A stretch of DNA of 63,511 bases, the filler included, from Octopus bimaculoides (taxonomy: Eukaryota), in assembly GCF_001194135.2 (NCBI RefSeq). It is 7 parts of 5 records of this genome, joined end to end, with 100 filler letters (N's around TTAATTAATTAA, not from the genome) between each part and the next. Parts side by side here need not be neighbours in the genome. Positions count along the whole stretch, not along the records: positions 18,305 to 41,562 come from NC_068987.1; positions 41,663 to 44,461 come from NW_026341316.1; positions 44,562 to 53,486 come from NC_068989.1; 4 more parts are not named here. One strand, given 5' to 3'. The position numbers and the translations under genes were made by a program. Below, one piece after another: positions 37,219 to 49,505 of the stretch; positions within the stretch are counted from its first letter, which is position 1; every line of letters starts with the position of its first letter. Under the pieces are notes generated by a model. The model did no database searches. It was not told the origin of the DNA and saw only the letters and a program-made list of their open reading frames with translations.

Positions 37219-37590
37219 AAGCNNNNNNNNNNNNNNNNNNNNNNNNNNNNNNNNNNNNNNNNNNNNNNNNNNNNNNNNNNNNNNNNNNNNNNNNNNNNNN
37301 NNNNNNNNNNNNNNNNNNNNNNNNNNNNNNNNNNNNNNNNNNNNNNNNNNNNNNNNNNNNNNNNNNNGGGGGGGGGGGGTGCGTGTACATATATATATGT
37401 ATGTATGTATATGAATATGTGTATGCATATATGAATATATTTATAATATATACATAAATATATATAAAGTACCCTCTCGCTTGTTTATTTTTATGCTTTT
37501 TGATTTATTATTAGTGTTGCTTAATATGCTTGGCTAAAATTGCTGTTTCTTTTCAGATATCATAAGAAAAGGTAATTAAAATTCATTAAA

Positions 37591-38663
37591 ATCACAGATC
37601 TATCGGACTTTCAAAGAGGTCAAATTGTTGGTGTTCGTATGGCAAGCGCTAGCGTAACGAAAACAGCCGAAATGCTTGGTGTATCAAGAAGTACTGCCTC
37701 GAAAGTAATGACAGATTTTGGGTAAGAGGGAAAAACCTCCTCTTCGAAACGACACTCCGGGAGAAAACCAAAACTTTCAGATACGGACCGTCGGACTCTC
37801 ACGCCAATTGTTAGAAAGGATCATAAAAGTACAGCTTCCAAAATTACTGTAGAGCTTAATGACCACATCGAGAACCCAATTTCCACTAAAATTGTTCACC
37901 GGGAGCTGCACGAACATGGATTTCACGGGAGGGCTGCAATCAGAAAACGAATACTTTCAAAAACAAACGTTGTAAAGCGTTTAGATTGGAGTAAAAACCT
38001 ATAGAATTGGTCCCTAGAGCAGTGGAAGAATGTTATTTTCTTGGACGAACCATTCTTAACCTTGTTTCCACCACCGGCCGAGTATACGTGTGGAGACAGC
38101 CAAAAGAAGCATTTGACCCAGACTACCTTCTTCCAACTGTTAAACATGGAGGAGGATCTGTGTTAATCTGGGGGAACTATATCTTAGAGATCCGCCAGCC
38201 CAATGGTTTCCCTTCATGGCAGGATTAATAGTCAAGACTATCTAAGCATTTTACCTAATCAAATTCATCCTATAGTTTCCGAAAGGAAACGCAATCTTCC
38301 AGGATGATAATGCGCCAATTCACACAGGTAAGGTTGTTACTGAATAGCACGAGGAACATTCTAGTGAAGTTGAACATCTTATCTGGCCACCACAGTCCCC
38401 AGATATCAATATTATTGAACATTTATGGTGCATTTTAGAAAAACAAGTAAGGAGTCGATATCCTCCACCATCATCACTACAAGAACTGGAGACTGTTTTA
38501 GCTGAAGAATGGACAAAAATTCCTTTGAAAACAATTCAAACTTTGTATGAGTTCATGCCTCGGAGAATTCAAGCTGTAATTACTGCCAAAGGCAGTCCTA
38601 CCCCATATTAAAATAAATTTGTTTGAAATTTTAAAGTGTTTCCATTATTTTGTCCAACATCTG
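37591..38663 (+). mobile_element. Tc1-like (DD34E) transposon, defective
   Basis: DLSDFQRGQIVG...SGRKPKLS...VIFLDE...QDDNAPIH...WPPQSPDINIIEHLW; right TIR ends ...CAACATCTG|TA; left TIR not seen. Confidence 0.92.
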
Positions 38664-39509
38664 TATGTGCATACATACATGCTTACATACACAAACATAC
38701 ATACATGCATGTCTATTGATATATAGATATATATACATTATTATTATTATATATNNNNNNNNNNNNNNNNNNNNNNNNNNNNNNNNNNNNNNNNNNNNNN
38801 NNNNNNNNNNNNNNNNNNNNNNNNNNNNNNNNNNNNNNNNNNNNNNNNNNNNNNNNNNNNNNNNNNNNNNNNNNNNNNNNNNNNNNNNNNNNNNNNNNNN
38901 NNNNNNNNNNNNNNNNNNNNNNNNNNNNNNNNNNNNNNNNNNNNNNNNNNNNNNNNNNNNNNNNNNNNNNNNNNNNNNNNNNNNNNNNNNNNNNNNNNNN
39001 NNNNNNNNNNNNNNNNNNNNNNNNNNNNNNNNNNNNNNNNNNNNNNNNNNNNNNNNNNNNNNNNNNNNNNNNNNNNNNNNNNNNNNNNNNNNNNNNNNNN
39101 NNNNNNNNNNNNNNNNNNNNNNNNNNNNNNNNNNNNNNNNNNNNNNNNNNNNNNNNNNNNNNNNNNNNNNNNNNNNNNNNNNNNNNNNNNNNNNNNNNNN
39201 NNNNNNNNNNNNNNNNNNNNNNNNNNNNNNNNNNNNNNNNNNNNNNNNNNNNNNNNNNNNNNNNNNNNNNNNNNNNNNNNNNNNNNNNNNNNNNNNNNNN
39301 NNNNNNNNNNNNNNNNNNNNNNNNNNNNNNNNNNNNNNNNNNNNNNNNNNNNNNNNNNNNNNNNNNNNNNNNNNNNNNNNNNNNNNNNNNNNNNNNNNNN
39401 NNNNNNNNNNNNNNNNNNNNNNNNNNNNNNNNNNNNNNNNNNNNNNNNNNNNNNNNNNNNNNNNNNNNNNNNNNNNNNNNNNNNNNNNNNNNNNNNNNNN
39501 NNNNNNNNN

Positions 39510-39601
39510 GGAGAAGGAAGGGAGTAAGCAAGGAAGGAAGGAAGGAAGGAAGGAAGGAAGGAAGGAAGGAAGGAAGCAATAACGAAAGAACGAAAGAAGG
39601 A

Positions 39602-39637
<36 letters not shown>

Positions 39638-39780
39638 GAGAAAGGAAAAGGAAAGAAGGAAGGAAAGAAAGAGAAAGAAAGAAAGAAAGAAAGATAGAGA
39701 GAAAGGAAAAGGAAAGAAGGAAGGAAAGAAAGAGAGAAAGAAAGAAAGAAAGAGAAGAAAATAAAGAAAAATGAAGGAAG
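39510..39780. repeat. (GAAG)n/(GAAA)n array
   Basis: Direct reading. Confidence 0.95.
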
Positions 39781-40129
39781 GGAAAGGAATGGCGAAGGAG
39801 AATAAGAGACAGACTGGGGATTTGAGTTGGGTCACAGGTGGGTGGCGTCAAGGTATAGAGATTTTATCCGGGGCTCCTCGGAGGCACAAATCCGTAAACG
39901 ACATCGAGATATCTGACATCTCCGTTTTTATCTTCTGCCTTTCTTTCTCCTTTTCTTTTTTTTTTTTAAACTTGGTTGCTGTTTCCATTGTTAAGGGGAC
40001 ATTTGTTGCCTATTCCTTACCGACCATCCTGCCCTATCCACCACACACCTGCAGACAGGTACGCACACACACACACACACGTTTATACATTAACACACAC
40101 ACCCTCTATTTTGTAGTACACCACCATCG

Positions 40130-40390
40130 AAACCATGGGCATCATCACCGTCATCATCATGTTCATCAATGTCATCATCATCATCATCATCACCATCATC
40201 ATGCTCATCACCGTCGTCGTTATCATCATCATCATATTCATCATCGTCATTATCATCATCATCATCATCATCATCATCACCATCACCGTCATCATTGTCT
40301 TCCTAATCACAAACATGTTGACATCCTCATCATCGGAATCATTGTCGTCGTCGTCATCACCACCACCACCACCACCACCACCACCATAAT
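40130..40390. repeat. (CAT)n/(CAC)n imperfect trinucleotide array
   Basis: Direct reading. Confidence 0.9.
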
Positions 40391-40764
40391 TATCACCGAA
40401 CTCGCCGACGCCATTATTGTGATGCGAGCGAATTCTGAAGAAGAAGAATCCTGCCCTGTCCTCGAATTTTGTTCTGAATAAAAAAAAAACACTAACAACC
40501 ACACGCACACACACACAGACGCAGATGCATACACGCACACACATGCACACATACGCACACTCATGCACGCGTGCGCACGCACACACAACCACCCACACAC
40601 GCACATACACATGTGTATTATCACACACACAAACATGCATAGAAGCACGACATACACATAAATACTAAAACATAGAAGCGCATTAATACACACATACATA
40701 TTTATAAGCATACACATACATACATACATGCCTACACGCACGCAACCAGACACACATGCATACA

Positions 40765-40802
<38 letters not shown>

Positions 40803-41062
40803 TAGACGTATACATAAAAGCATTCAAAAGAAGAAAACTGCAAACATCCGTGCGAACGTCTTATCTAAACTACAGATAAGATGGAAAAAAAGTCTTGTGA
40901 GAAAATTTAGATAGATCTATATGTATTTCATTTGAGCATATACATACATACATACATACATACATACATGCATACATACATGCATACATACATACATACA
41001 TACATACATACACACATACATACATGCATACATGCATACATGCATACATATATACATACGAT

Positions 41063-41502
41063 GAACTATTGAGAAATCTGCAGTTACTCTATCCAGATTG
41101 CAAGTTCAGGTTTATACCTGTGATTATTGGGGCACTGGGATATGTAACACGCTGTCTAGATACCAATCTTGAGAAATTAGGCTTCTCAAAACCAGAATGG
41201 TGAAAGCTAATTCGAAGACTACAGGACCAATCCGTCACAGGAACTGTAAAAATCTATAAAACTTACCAGAAGTTTAGCATTTATATATACATGAGCATGT
41301 CTGATATGCAATTATATGCATAAGAATACATGCATAAAGCACACAAATTTGCACATACATCCATACATACATACATACAAACATACATGCAAAAATATCT
41401 TGTTGTTGATGTTGATATTCCAATGAAGAAGACTTGAATCTAGGTTAGAAACCGGTTCTTTTTATATTGGCAAGAAACATTGAAAATAAAACTGAACAAT
41501 CA
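41063..41502 (+). mobile_element. 5'-truncated RLE-type retrotransposon between (CATA)n arrays
   Basis: ELLRNLQLLYPDCKFRFIPVIIGALGYVTRCLDTNLEKLGFSKPEW*KLIRRLQDQSVTGTVKIYKT, then a 3' UTR running into CATA repeats. Confidence 0.8.
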
Positions 41503-41525
41503 CATACATACATACGTACATACAT

Positions 41526-41562
<37 letters not shown>

Positions 41563-42900
41563 NNNNNNNNNNNNNNNNNNNNNNNNNNNNNNNNNNNNNN
41601 NNNNNNTTAATTAATTAANNNNNNNNNNNNNNNNNNNNNNNNNNNNNNNNNNNNNNNNNNNNTATATATATATATATATATATATACACATGCATATATG
41701 GGTACAGGACGTTACCAACGGTTCAAACTACATGAAATACATAAACAAACGAGTTAGATACGTAATCGAGAAAAAAATGGAAAGCAGGACAAGTAAACAC
41801 AGAGAAAAGACCCTTCATCAGTTGTCTGCTGTCCGTCTACTCCTCATTTCCAGCATTCAACGACAATATGAGTCTTCAAAGACAGTTGCTCCCATAAATT
41901 CTAAAATAAAATTTAGGATTTATGGAGGGTCAAAGTTGGAAACAAAAACATGACAGTGGAGGCATACAAGGAAATCCATACCTTTGTGTTTCTCTTAATA
42001 ACATCCTAATCAACTTGCCAAATGAGTCATACTAATACCCAAGGAAATTTTCCCTAGTATTTTGTGTGTTTGACATACAACCCAATAATACATAAAAGCA
42101 GTTTGAACTGGTGAATTATCAATCGTCTGATTTTTCAGAAATTAGTTTTCATGGAGCCAGCTACAGATTACAGTGGAAGAAAATTAATGAAAAACTCGAA
42201 TGAAAGTCCACTAAAATAATAATAGTGAGAACAAAAGACAGGGAAAAAAGCTAAATAAAATAATTAATCTCCAGAGAATTCTATTTTATCTAAATCGAAT
42301 TGAAATGATTATTAAATAAGAATTTCTCTTTTACGAATGCACCGATTTTTTTCTAATTGTTTTTACTTATAAATTATTCTTTGGTTGGTTTCGTTCGTGG
42401 CAAATGGTTGTGAAGTTGGCTGAAATAATAGAACGCCGAGGCAGGATCTAACATCATCATCATCGTCGTTGTCTTCTTTTTCTTCTTCGTCGTCGTTGTC
42501 GTCAGTATCATCGTTAAAGTTCGTCATCATCGTCATCGATATAGGGGGCGGGAATATTTCACATCCCAAGCAGTCACTGTGTATGTATGCCAATTCATGT
42601 AGGTCACTAGAATTTATTTATACGCATTGATTTTGCGTATTTGTTACTTTATGTAGATATTTTTCAAGTGCTGTGCCAAGTAGGTCTCTTTTTGTATGTT
42701 ATGCAGTTAAAGTAACATTACTGTTGAATTTGTTGGTGGGATGGGGGTAATGGTGGTTATGGCAGTTGTATTGCTGTTTCTGTTGTTGTTGTTTATCCTA
42801 GGTCAGCCCTAATCAAGCAGACCTACGAGCAAAAGCCTTCCAGTCATTCAGGACCAGTTTATTTCAGACCATATTATCTAATGCATCCTTCATTCTTAGT

Positions 42901-43225
42901 GAAGGCGCGTGACTTAGTGGTTAGGTATTCAACTGCAATCGTAGGGTCGCGAGTTCGATTCCCGGCGGCGCGTTGTGTCCTTCAGCAAGACACTTTATTT
43001 CACGGTGCTCCAGTCCACTCAGCTGGCAAAAATGAGTAGTGCCCGTATTTCAAGGGGCCAGCCTTGTCACACACTGTGTCACGCTGAATCTCCCTGAGAA
43101 GTATGTGAAGGGGTACGCGTGTCTGTGGAGTGCGCAACCATTTGCACGTTAATCTCACGAGCAAGCTGTTCCGTTGATCGGATCAATTGGAACCTTCGTC
43201 GTCGTAAGCGACGGAATGCCAGTTT
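42901..43225 (+). mobile_element. SINE family B (long copy)
   Basis: GGCGCGTGACTTAGTGGTTAGG...GAGTTCGATTCCCGG head followed by the conserved central domain. Confidence 0.88.
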
Positions 43226-43429
43226 TCATTAAGACAGTATGATTTTTAAAATATTTAGTTGCTACTTCTAACATATAGATTAATCCCGCAGAAATCCCTT
43301 GTGGCATCTCTTTCCTTATTTGTGTGTTTGTACGTATGTCTCTTTTATTAAAAACTAAACATATACAATAAAATAAAAGAAAACCTATGTGTTTTCTATT
43401 GATAACTATTTTCTACTTTAATTCATAAT

Positions 43430-43533
43430 GGAGGCGCAATGGCCCAGTGGTTAGGGCAGCGGACTCGCGGTCATATGATCGCTGTTTCGATTCCCAGACC
43501 GGGCGTTGTGAGTGTTTATTGAGCGAAAACACC
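43430..43533 (+). mobile_element. tRNA-derived SINE head (B-related), truncated by a gap
   Basis: GGAGGCGCAATGGCCCAGTGGTTAGG...GTTTCGATTCCCAG; continues into SINE-like sequence, with no tRNA 3' acceptor strand. Confidence 0.75.
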
Positions 43534-45715
43534 NNNNNNNNNNNNNNNNNNNNNNNNNNNNNNNNNNNNNNNNNNNNNNNNNNNNNNNNNNNNNNNNNNN
43601 NNNNNNNNNNNNNNNNNNNNNNNNNNNNNNNNNNNNNNNNNNNNNNNNNNNNNNNNNNNNNNNNNNNNNNNNNNNNNNNNNNNNNNNNNNNNNNNNNNNN
43701 NNNNNNNNNNNNNNNNNNNNNNNNNNNNNNNNNNNNNNNNNNNNNNNNNNNNNNNNNNNNNNNNNNNNNNNNNNNNNNNNNNNNNNNNNNNNNNNNNNNN
43801 NNNNNNNNNNNNNNNNNNNNNNNNNNNNNNNNNNNNNNNNNNNNNNNNNNNNNNNNNNNNNNNNNNNNNNNNNNNNNNNNNNNNNNNNNNNNNNNNNNNN
43901 NNNNNNNNNNNNNNNNNNNNNNNNNNNNNNNNNNNNNNNNNNNNNNNNNNNNNNNNNNNNNNNNNNNNNNNNNNNNNNNNNNNNNNNNNNNNNNNNNNNN
44001 NNNNNNNNNNNNNNNNNNNNNNNNNNNNNNNNNNNNNNNNNNNNNNNNNNNNNNNNNNNNNNNNNNNNNNNNNNNNNNNNNNNNNNNNNNNNNNNNNNNN
44101 NNNNNNNNNNNNNNNNNNNNNNNNNNNNNNNNNNNNNNNNNNNNNNNNNNNNNNNNNNNNNNNNNNNNNNNNNNNNNNNNNNNNNNNNNNNNNNNNNNNN
44201 CAGGGGGTGGGGGTACGTAAAAGTTCTTTTGTCACCATTCAAAACCTTTTCAGTTACTCTCTCCAAAGTAAAGTGGGAGAGATAGTCACTGAAAAGATTG
44301 TGAATGGCGACAAAAGAACTTTGACGAGCAAAAAGAAAACGATTGACTGTTTGGCCAACAAGTTAAACAAACAATCAGTCAGTTAGTTGGATAAATATTT
44401 AACCAAATGACTGTTGCTGTTGCTGGCACTCCGTCGCTTACGACGTCGAGGGTTCCAGTTGNNNNNNNNNNNNNNNNNNNNNNNNNNNNNNNNNNNNNNN
44501 NNNNNTTAATTAATTAANNNNNNNNNNNNNNNNNNNNNNNNNNNNNNNNNNNNNNNNNNNNATTATACATAGACAAAGGTACATATACTCTGTACTTATT
44601 CGCAATCCATAACAGTTGCTGCTAGATGTCTGTTTACCTACCCTGCTACTAAATATAATGGTATTTAGTATGACTGTCTCACTTGTTACCGTCCTAATTA
44701 ATGCTGGCCATTTTGAACTGTTTTCCTTCATTCGTTTTCGCTTTAATTTATGCACATTATTCTAGGCCAATATAGTTTTCTACTCTTTAAGTATACATCT
44801 GTGTCTTATGTCTAGATAGAGATATGGGAAAAAACAATACTGTTCTGATGAAGCCTATTGTGGTAGAAACACGAGTTTACATTCGTCTTTTACTTCCAGA
44901 AAAAATATCCAAATAAAACATACCATCTTTTTACTAATGGCATATTAATTCGTGAAAATTCTTGATTCTTTGAGACCATCCCACTTTCAAAATCATTGCC
45001 GATAGACATCGCTGCTAGGAATCTGTTTATCTCCTCTCAGAATAAAGATAATTTCAATTACTCAAGAATTTATTTTCTATAGTATTCAGTAATGTTTCTT
45101 CAGCAATTTCTTCAGCCAAATTGATGCTACTGGCCATTTTATGTTGTCTTTTCATTTCTTTTGTTCTGTACTCAATACACTCACAAACACACGCACACAC
45201 AACACACATGGCACAAATACACACACACAACAAATACGAGAACAGCACACGTGACACAAATACACACCCAGCACACACAACATACACGCATTCAAACGTT
45301 CGCACACAAAATAAAAGCTGAACTTCTCAGAATAGCCCAAAATATTTCATGTGCAAACGATTTGAAAAGAAATCGATTAGAAAGGCAAAAACATTATATA
45401 AATCCGAATATTGAAATATTTGACACGCGTGTTTGTGTGTGTATGTCTATACATACATACATACATACATACATACATACATACGTACATACATACATAC
45501 AGGAATATATATATATANNNNNNNNNNNNNNNNNNNNNNNNNNNNNNNNNNNNNNNNNNNNNNNNNNNNTATATACACATATATATATACATATGTATAT
45601 TAGCATGTATACACACACATATATATATATACATATACATATATATATATGTGTGTATATGTATATACGTATATATATATATGTATATATGTAAATATGT
45701 GAATATATATATATG

Positions 45716-45778
<63 letters not shown>

Positions 45779-45874
45779 CCTTCTCTCTATATATCTATCT
45801 AGTTCACTCTTCAGTTATGGTAAAATGAACAAAAACGTGCTATATCCAGTATGAGATAAATGTTATTTAACGTA

Positions 45875-46003
45875 CACCGTATTAAAATCAGACCTGCTAA
45901 TAGTTTCTTGCCATTAAGACACGTAAATAGGCAGGTTTATAACGTGCTTAGACACGTGTCTCAATGGCAAGAAACTGTAAGTAGCTCTGATTTTAATGCA
46001 GTG
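45875..46003. mobile_element. Tc1/mariner-type MITE, about 50-bp TIRs, TA flanks
   Basis: CACCGTATTAAAATCAGACCTGCTAATAGTTTCTTGCCATTAAGACACGT vs CACTGCATTAAAATCAGAGCTACTTACAGTTTCTTGCCATTGAGACACGT. Confidence 0.8.
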
Positions 46004-46055
46004 TACAGTAAATGATTTGTGTGTGTGTGTGTGTATGAATATCTATCTATCTATA

Positions 46056-46090
<35 letters not shown>

Positions 46091-46199
46091 TTCTCTCTCT
46101 CTCTCTTTCTCTCTCTCTCTTTCTCTTTCTTTCTCTCTCTTTCTCTCTGTCTCTCTGTCTCTCTGTCTCTCTCTCTCTCTATATATATATATTCTTTTA

Positions 46200-46440
46200 T
46201 TCTTTTACTTGTTTCAGTCATTTGACTGCAGCCATGCTGGAGCACCGCCTTTAAGGATTTTTAATCAAAGAAATCTATCGCAGGACTCCGACCCCAGTTC
46301 TCATTCTTTATAAGCCTAGTACTTATTCTATCGGTCTCTTTTGCCGACCGCTAAGTCACAGGGATGTAAATACACCAACATCGGTTGTCAAGTGATTGTG
46401 GGGGCGACGAAAGAACACAGACACAAAGACGTGTACACAC
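46200..46440 (+). mobile_element. Repeat family D
   Basis: CTTGTTTCAGTCATTTGACTGCAGCCATGCTGGAGCACCGCC...TAAGCCTAGTACTTATTCTATCGGTCTCTTTTGCCG. Confidence 0.85.
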
Positions 46441-46624
46441 ACACACATATATACACACACATATATGCACACACACACACCTATACACACACACACACAT
46501 ATACACATATGCATACATACACATACATATATATACACACACACATATACATACACACACACATTTAAGGTGGCGGTCGAGCATCACCACAGTCAAAATG
46601 ACTGAAACCAGTAAAAGGATATAT

Positions 46625-46790
46625 ATATATATGACAGGCTTCATACAGTTTCCGTCTACCAAATCTGCTGATAAGGCTTTGGTCGAGCCGAGGCTATAGT
46701 AGAAGAGACTTGTTGAAGGTTCCACGCTGAGGGATGAACCCGGGAAGCATGTGGCTAAGGAGAAAGCTTCTTACCACACAGCCACGCCTT
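46625..46790 (-). mobile_element. tRNA-derived SINE head
   Basis: Minus strand GTGGCTGTGTGGTAAGAAGC...GGTTCATCCC, Pol III A/B-box-like. Confidence 0.7.
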
Positions 46791-46899
46791 CGTCTATAAT
46801 AAATATTGTTTTCTCTTTTCCATTGATTTCTTTTAAGATTTAAATAGAAATCAATGCAAATGAAAAAAATCTAGGCCAGTACTGAAATATTGATGACGT

Positions 46900-47560
46900 A
46901 TGTATACACACACACACACACATATGCACACTAGCGCGCACACTCAAGCATACACACACAAATACATACACACAAGCACACACTCATACACACAAGCTCA
47001 CACTCATACACGCACATACAAACACACACACACACACAAGCATACACACACTCAAGCACACACACACAAACACGCACACACACACACAAACACAAACAAA
47101 CACACACAGAAGTACACATACACACACAAACACACAAGCACACACACACAAACACACAAACACACAAGCATACACACACAAGCACACAGACACACACAAA
47201 CACATGCACAAGTACATACACACAAAAAAACACACACACAAGCACACACAAACACACAAGCACACACACAAGCACACACACAGACACACAGACAGATACA
47301 GACCCACATACACACACACATACACACAAACACTCACACACAAACAAGCACACACACAAGCACACACACAGACACNNNNNNNNNNGCACACACACAGACA
47401 CACAGACAGATACAGACCCACATACACACACACATACACACAAACACTCACACACAAACAAGCACACACACAAGCACACACACAGACACACAGACAGACA
47501 GACAGATACAGACCTACATACACACACACACATACACACAAACACTCTCACACACAATGA
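46900..47560. repeat. Degenerate (CA)n-rich array
   Basis: Direct reading; partly duplicated across a 10-N gap. Confidence 0.9.
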
Positions 47561-47906
47561 TCGTCTCATCTTATCAGATGATTGCCGTTATACATTTCAG
47601 CCTGTTTGTTCCAATTCACTTTCATTGTTGCTTGTTCGCGGTTATGATTTCTTTTTATCAAGCATCCATCACCACAGAACTTTATGAAATACAAACCGGA
47701 TCAGGAGATGAAATGACAGTGACACATCTGTGCTTCATTGGATTTAAATGAGAAAAGCTTGTACAACGCCTTAGCTACTTTCCCGATCGCCATAGTATGT
47801 TCCAGTAAGAAGCACTGCAAGACTACTTGTACTGTTATGTCAGTGCATCTTTCTCCTTGAAGAGCTGCTTTCCATACGACTTTATCAATAATGACAGGAG
47901 CTTCAA

Positions 47907-48300
47907 GGGGGCGAGCTGGCAGAAACGTTAACACGCCGGGCGAAATGCTTAGCGGTATTTCGTCTGCCGTTACGTTCTGAGTTCGAATTCCGCCGAGGTC
48001 GACTTTGCCTTTCATCCTTTCGGGGTCGATAAATTAAGTACCAGTTACGCACTGGGGTCGATGTAATCGACTTAACCCCTTTGTCAGTCCTTGTTTGTCC
48101 CCTCTATGTTTAGTCTCTTGTGGGCAATAAAGAAATAGGAAACGTTAGCACGCTGGGCGAAATGCTTAGCGGTATTTCGNNNNNNNNNNTACGTTCTGAG
48201 TTCGAATTCCGCCGAGGTCGACTTTGCCTTTCATCCTTTCGGGGTCGATAAATTAAGTACCAGTTACGTACTGGGGTCGATCTAATCAACTGGCCCGTCT
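47907..48300 (+). mobile_element. Two tandem SINE family A copies
   Basis: Head restarts at about 48138; near-identical bodies. Confidence 0.88.
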
Positions 48301-48475
48301 CCTCCACGCTGGTGTGTTTACGCCCCCGTAACCTAGCGGTTTGGCAAAAGAGACCGATAGAATAAGTACTAGGCTTACGAAGAATAAGTCATGGGGTCGA
48401 TTTAGTCGACTAAAGGCGGTACTCCAGTATGGCCGCAGTCAACTGACTGAAACAAATAAAAGAATAAAAGAATTT
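48300..48475 (-). mobile_element. Repeat family D
   Basis: GCAAAAGAGACCGATAGAATAAGTACTAGGCTTAC...GACTGAAACAAATAAAAGAATAA. Confidence 0.85.
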
Positions 48476-48799
48476 ATTTTATTATTTTTATATATTTAAG
48501 CTTTTATAAACTCTCCTCACACTCTAAGGTGTTCCTGTATCTTCTCATTTTCTGCGAATGAGGAACGTAATGATGGGCAGTTGGTGGCGCTTCCTTTTAT
48601 TCTGTGTAAGGAAGAAAACCGTAGAAGGTACAGAACGTTTGAGCGACATCGTAGGGCTTAAAATAAATTCACAATTTTACACACAAATGCAAAACAACAC
48701 CACGCACTCGCCTCCCGAGTTTCGTTTTCCGTACAGTATGTGCGATTCTTTGTTTAGTCATTTACGATACACTACGTATTTTCTTTTAATATATTTTAA

Positions 48800-49064
48800 T
48801 TAATGTGTTATACACTGCAGTTCTGTACCGTGTTTTTATTTATTAATTTATTAATTAGTAGGTGTGAAAATGCTTATTTTACCACAGAAATAAATAAAAT
48901 TTAAAAAGATGTAAATACTCATCGGCCGCAGAGACCCGCGATATACTGAGGAGTCCGCGATATACTGAGGAGTCCGCGATATAAATTTACATATATTAGT
49001 CAGAAAAATCCGCGATTTACTGGTGCGCGCGATAGGTGAACCGCGATATGGCGAGTGATTACTG
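48800..49064 (-). mobile_element. pogo/Tigger-like element end with CCGCGATA repeats
   Basis: Terminus is the reverse complement of the 16823 MITE left end; 19-bp tandem at 48936, 48955 and 48974. Confidence 0.65.
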
Positions 49065-49205
49065 TATAACTGTTGCCTTTAAACAATGTTGCTATGAGGT
49101 AGTTGTATGCTGTCAACTTAATGTGACAGCATACAACTACTTCATCGTATCGCTACTGCATAAATCTCTCTGAGAGATATAGAAATGTATTATTTCTAAA
49201 TGTTG

Positions 49206-49335
49206 CTATGATCTGAAAAGGTGAGAATCAGATGGGCCCAGGTCAGGAGAGTAAAGAAGACGAGGTAAAACTTCCATGTTTAGGGCCATCATCTTTGCCT
49301 GAGTGACTTGGGCAATATCTGGTCTTGCATATAAG

Positions 49336-49366
<31 letters not shown>

Positions 49367-49367
49367 G

Positions 49368-49436
<69 letters not shown>

Positions 49437-49461
49437 GATAGAGAGAGAGAGATAGAGAGAT

Positions 49462-49505
<44 letters not shown>

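Noticed and set aside
41805-41830. Minus-strand CTGATGAAGGG
   Set aside because: No GAAA or stem II closure follows.
42533-42606. Possible terminal exon TYMNWHTYTVTAWDVKYSRPLYR* on the minus strand
   Set aside because: The acceptor is A-rich and weak, the peptide is short and unrecognised, and it cannot be linked to any gene.
43430-43505. Possible tRNA gene
   Set aside because: A/B boxes are present, but there is no complete cloverleaf and the sequence continues into a SINE body.
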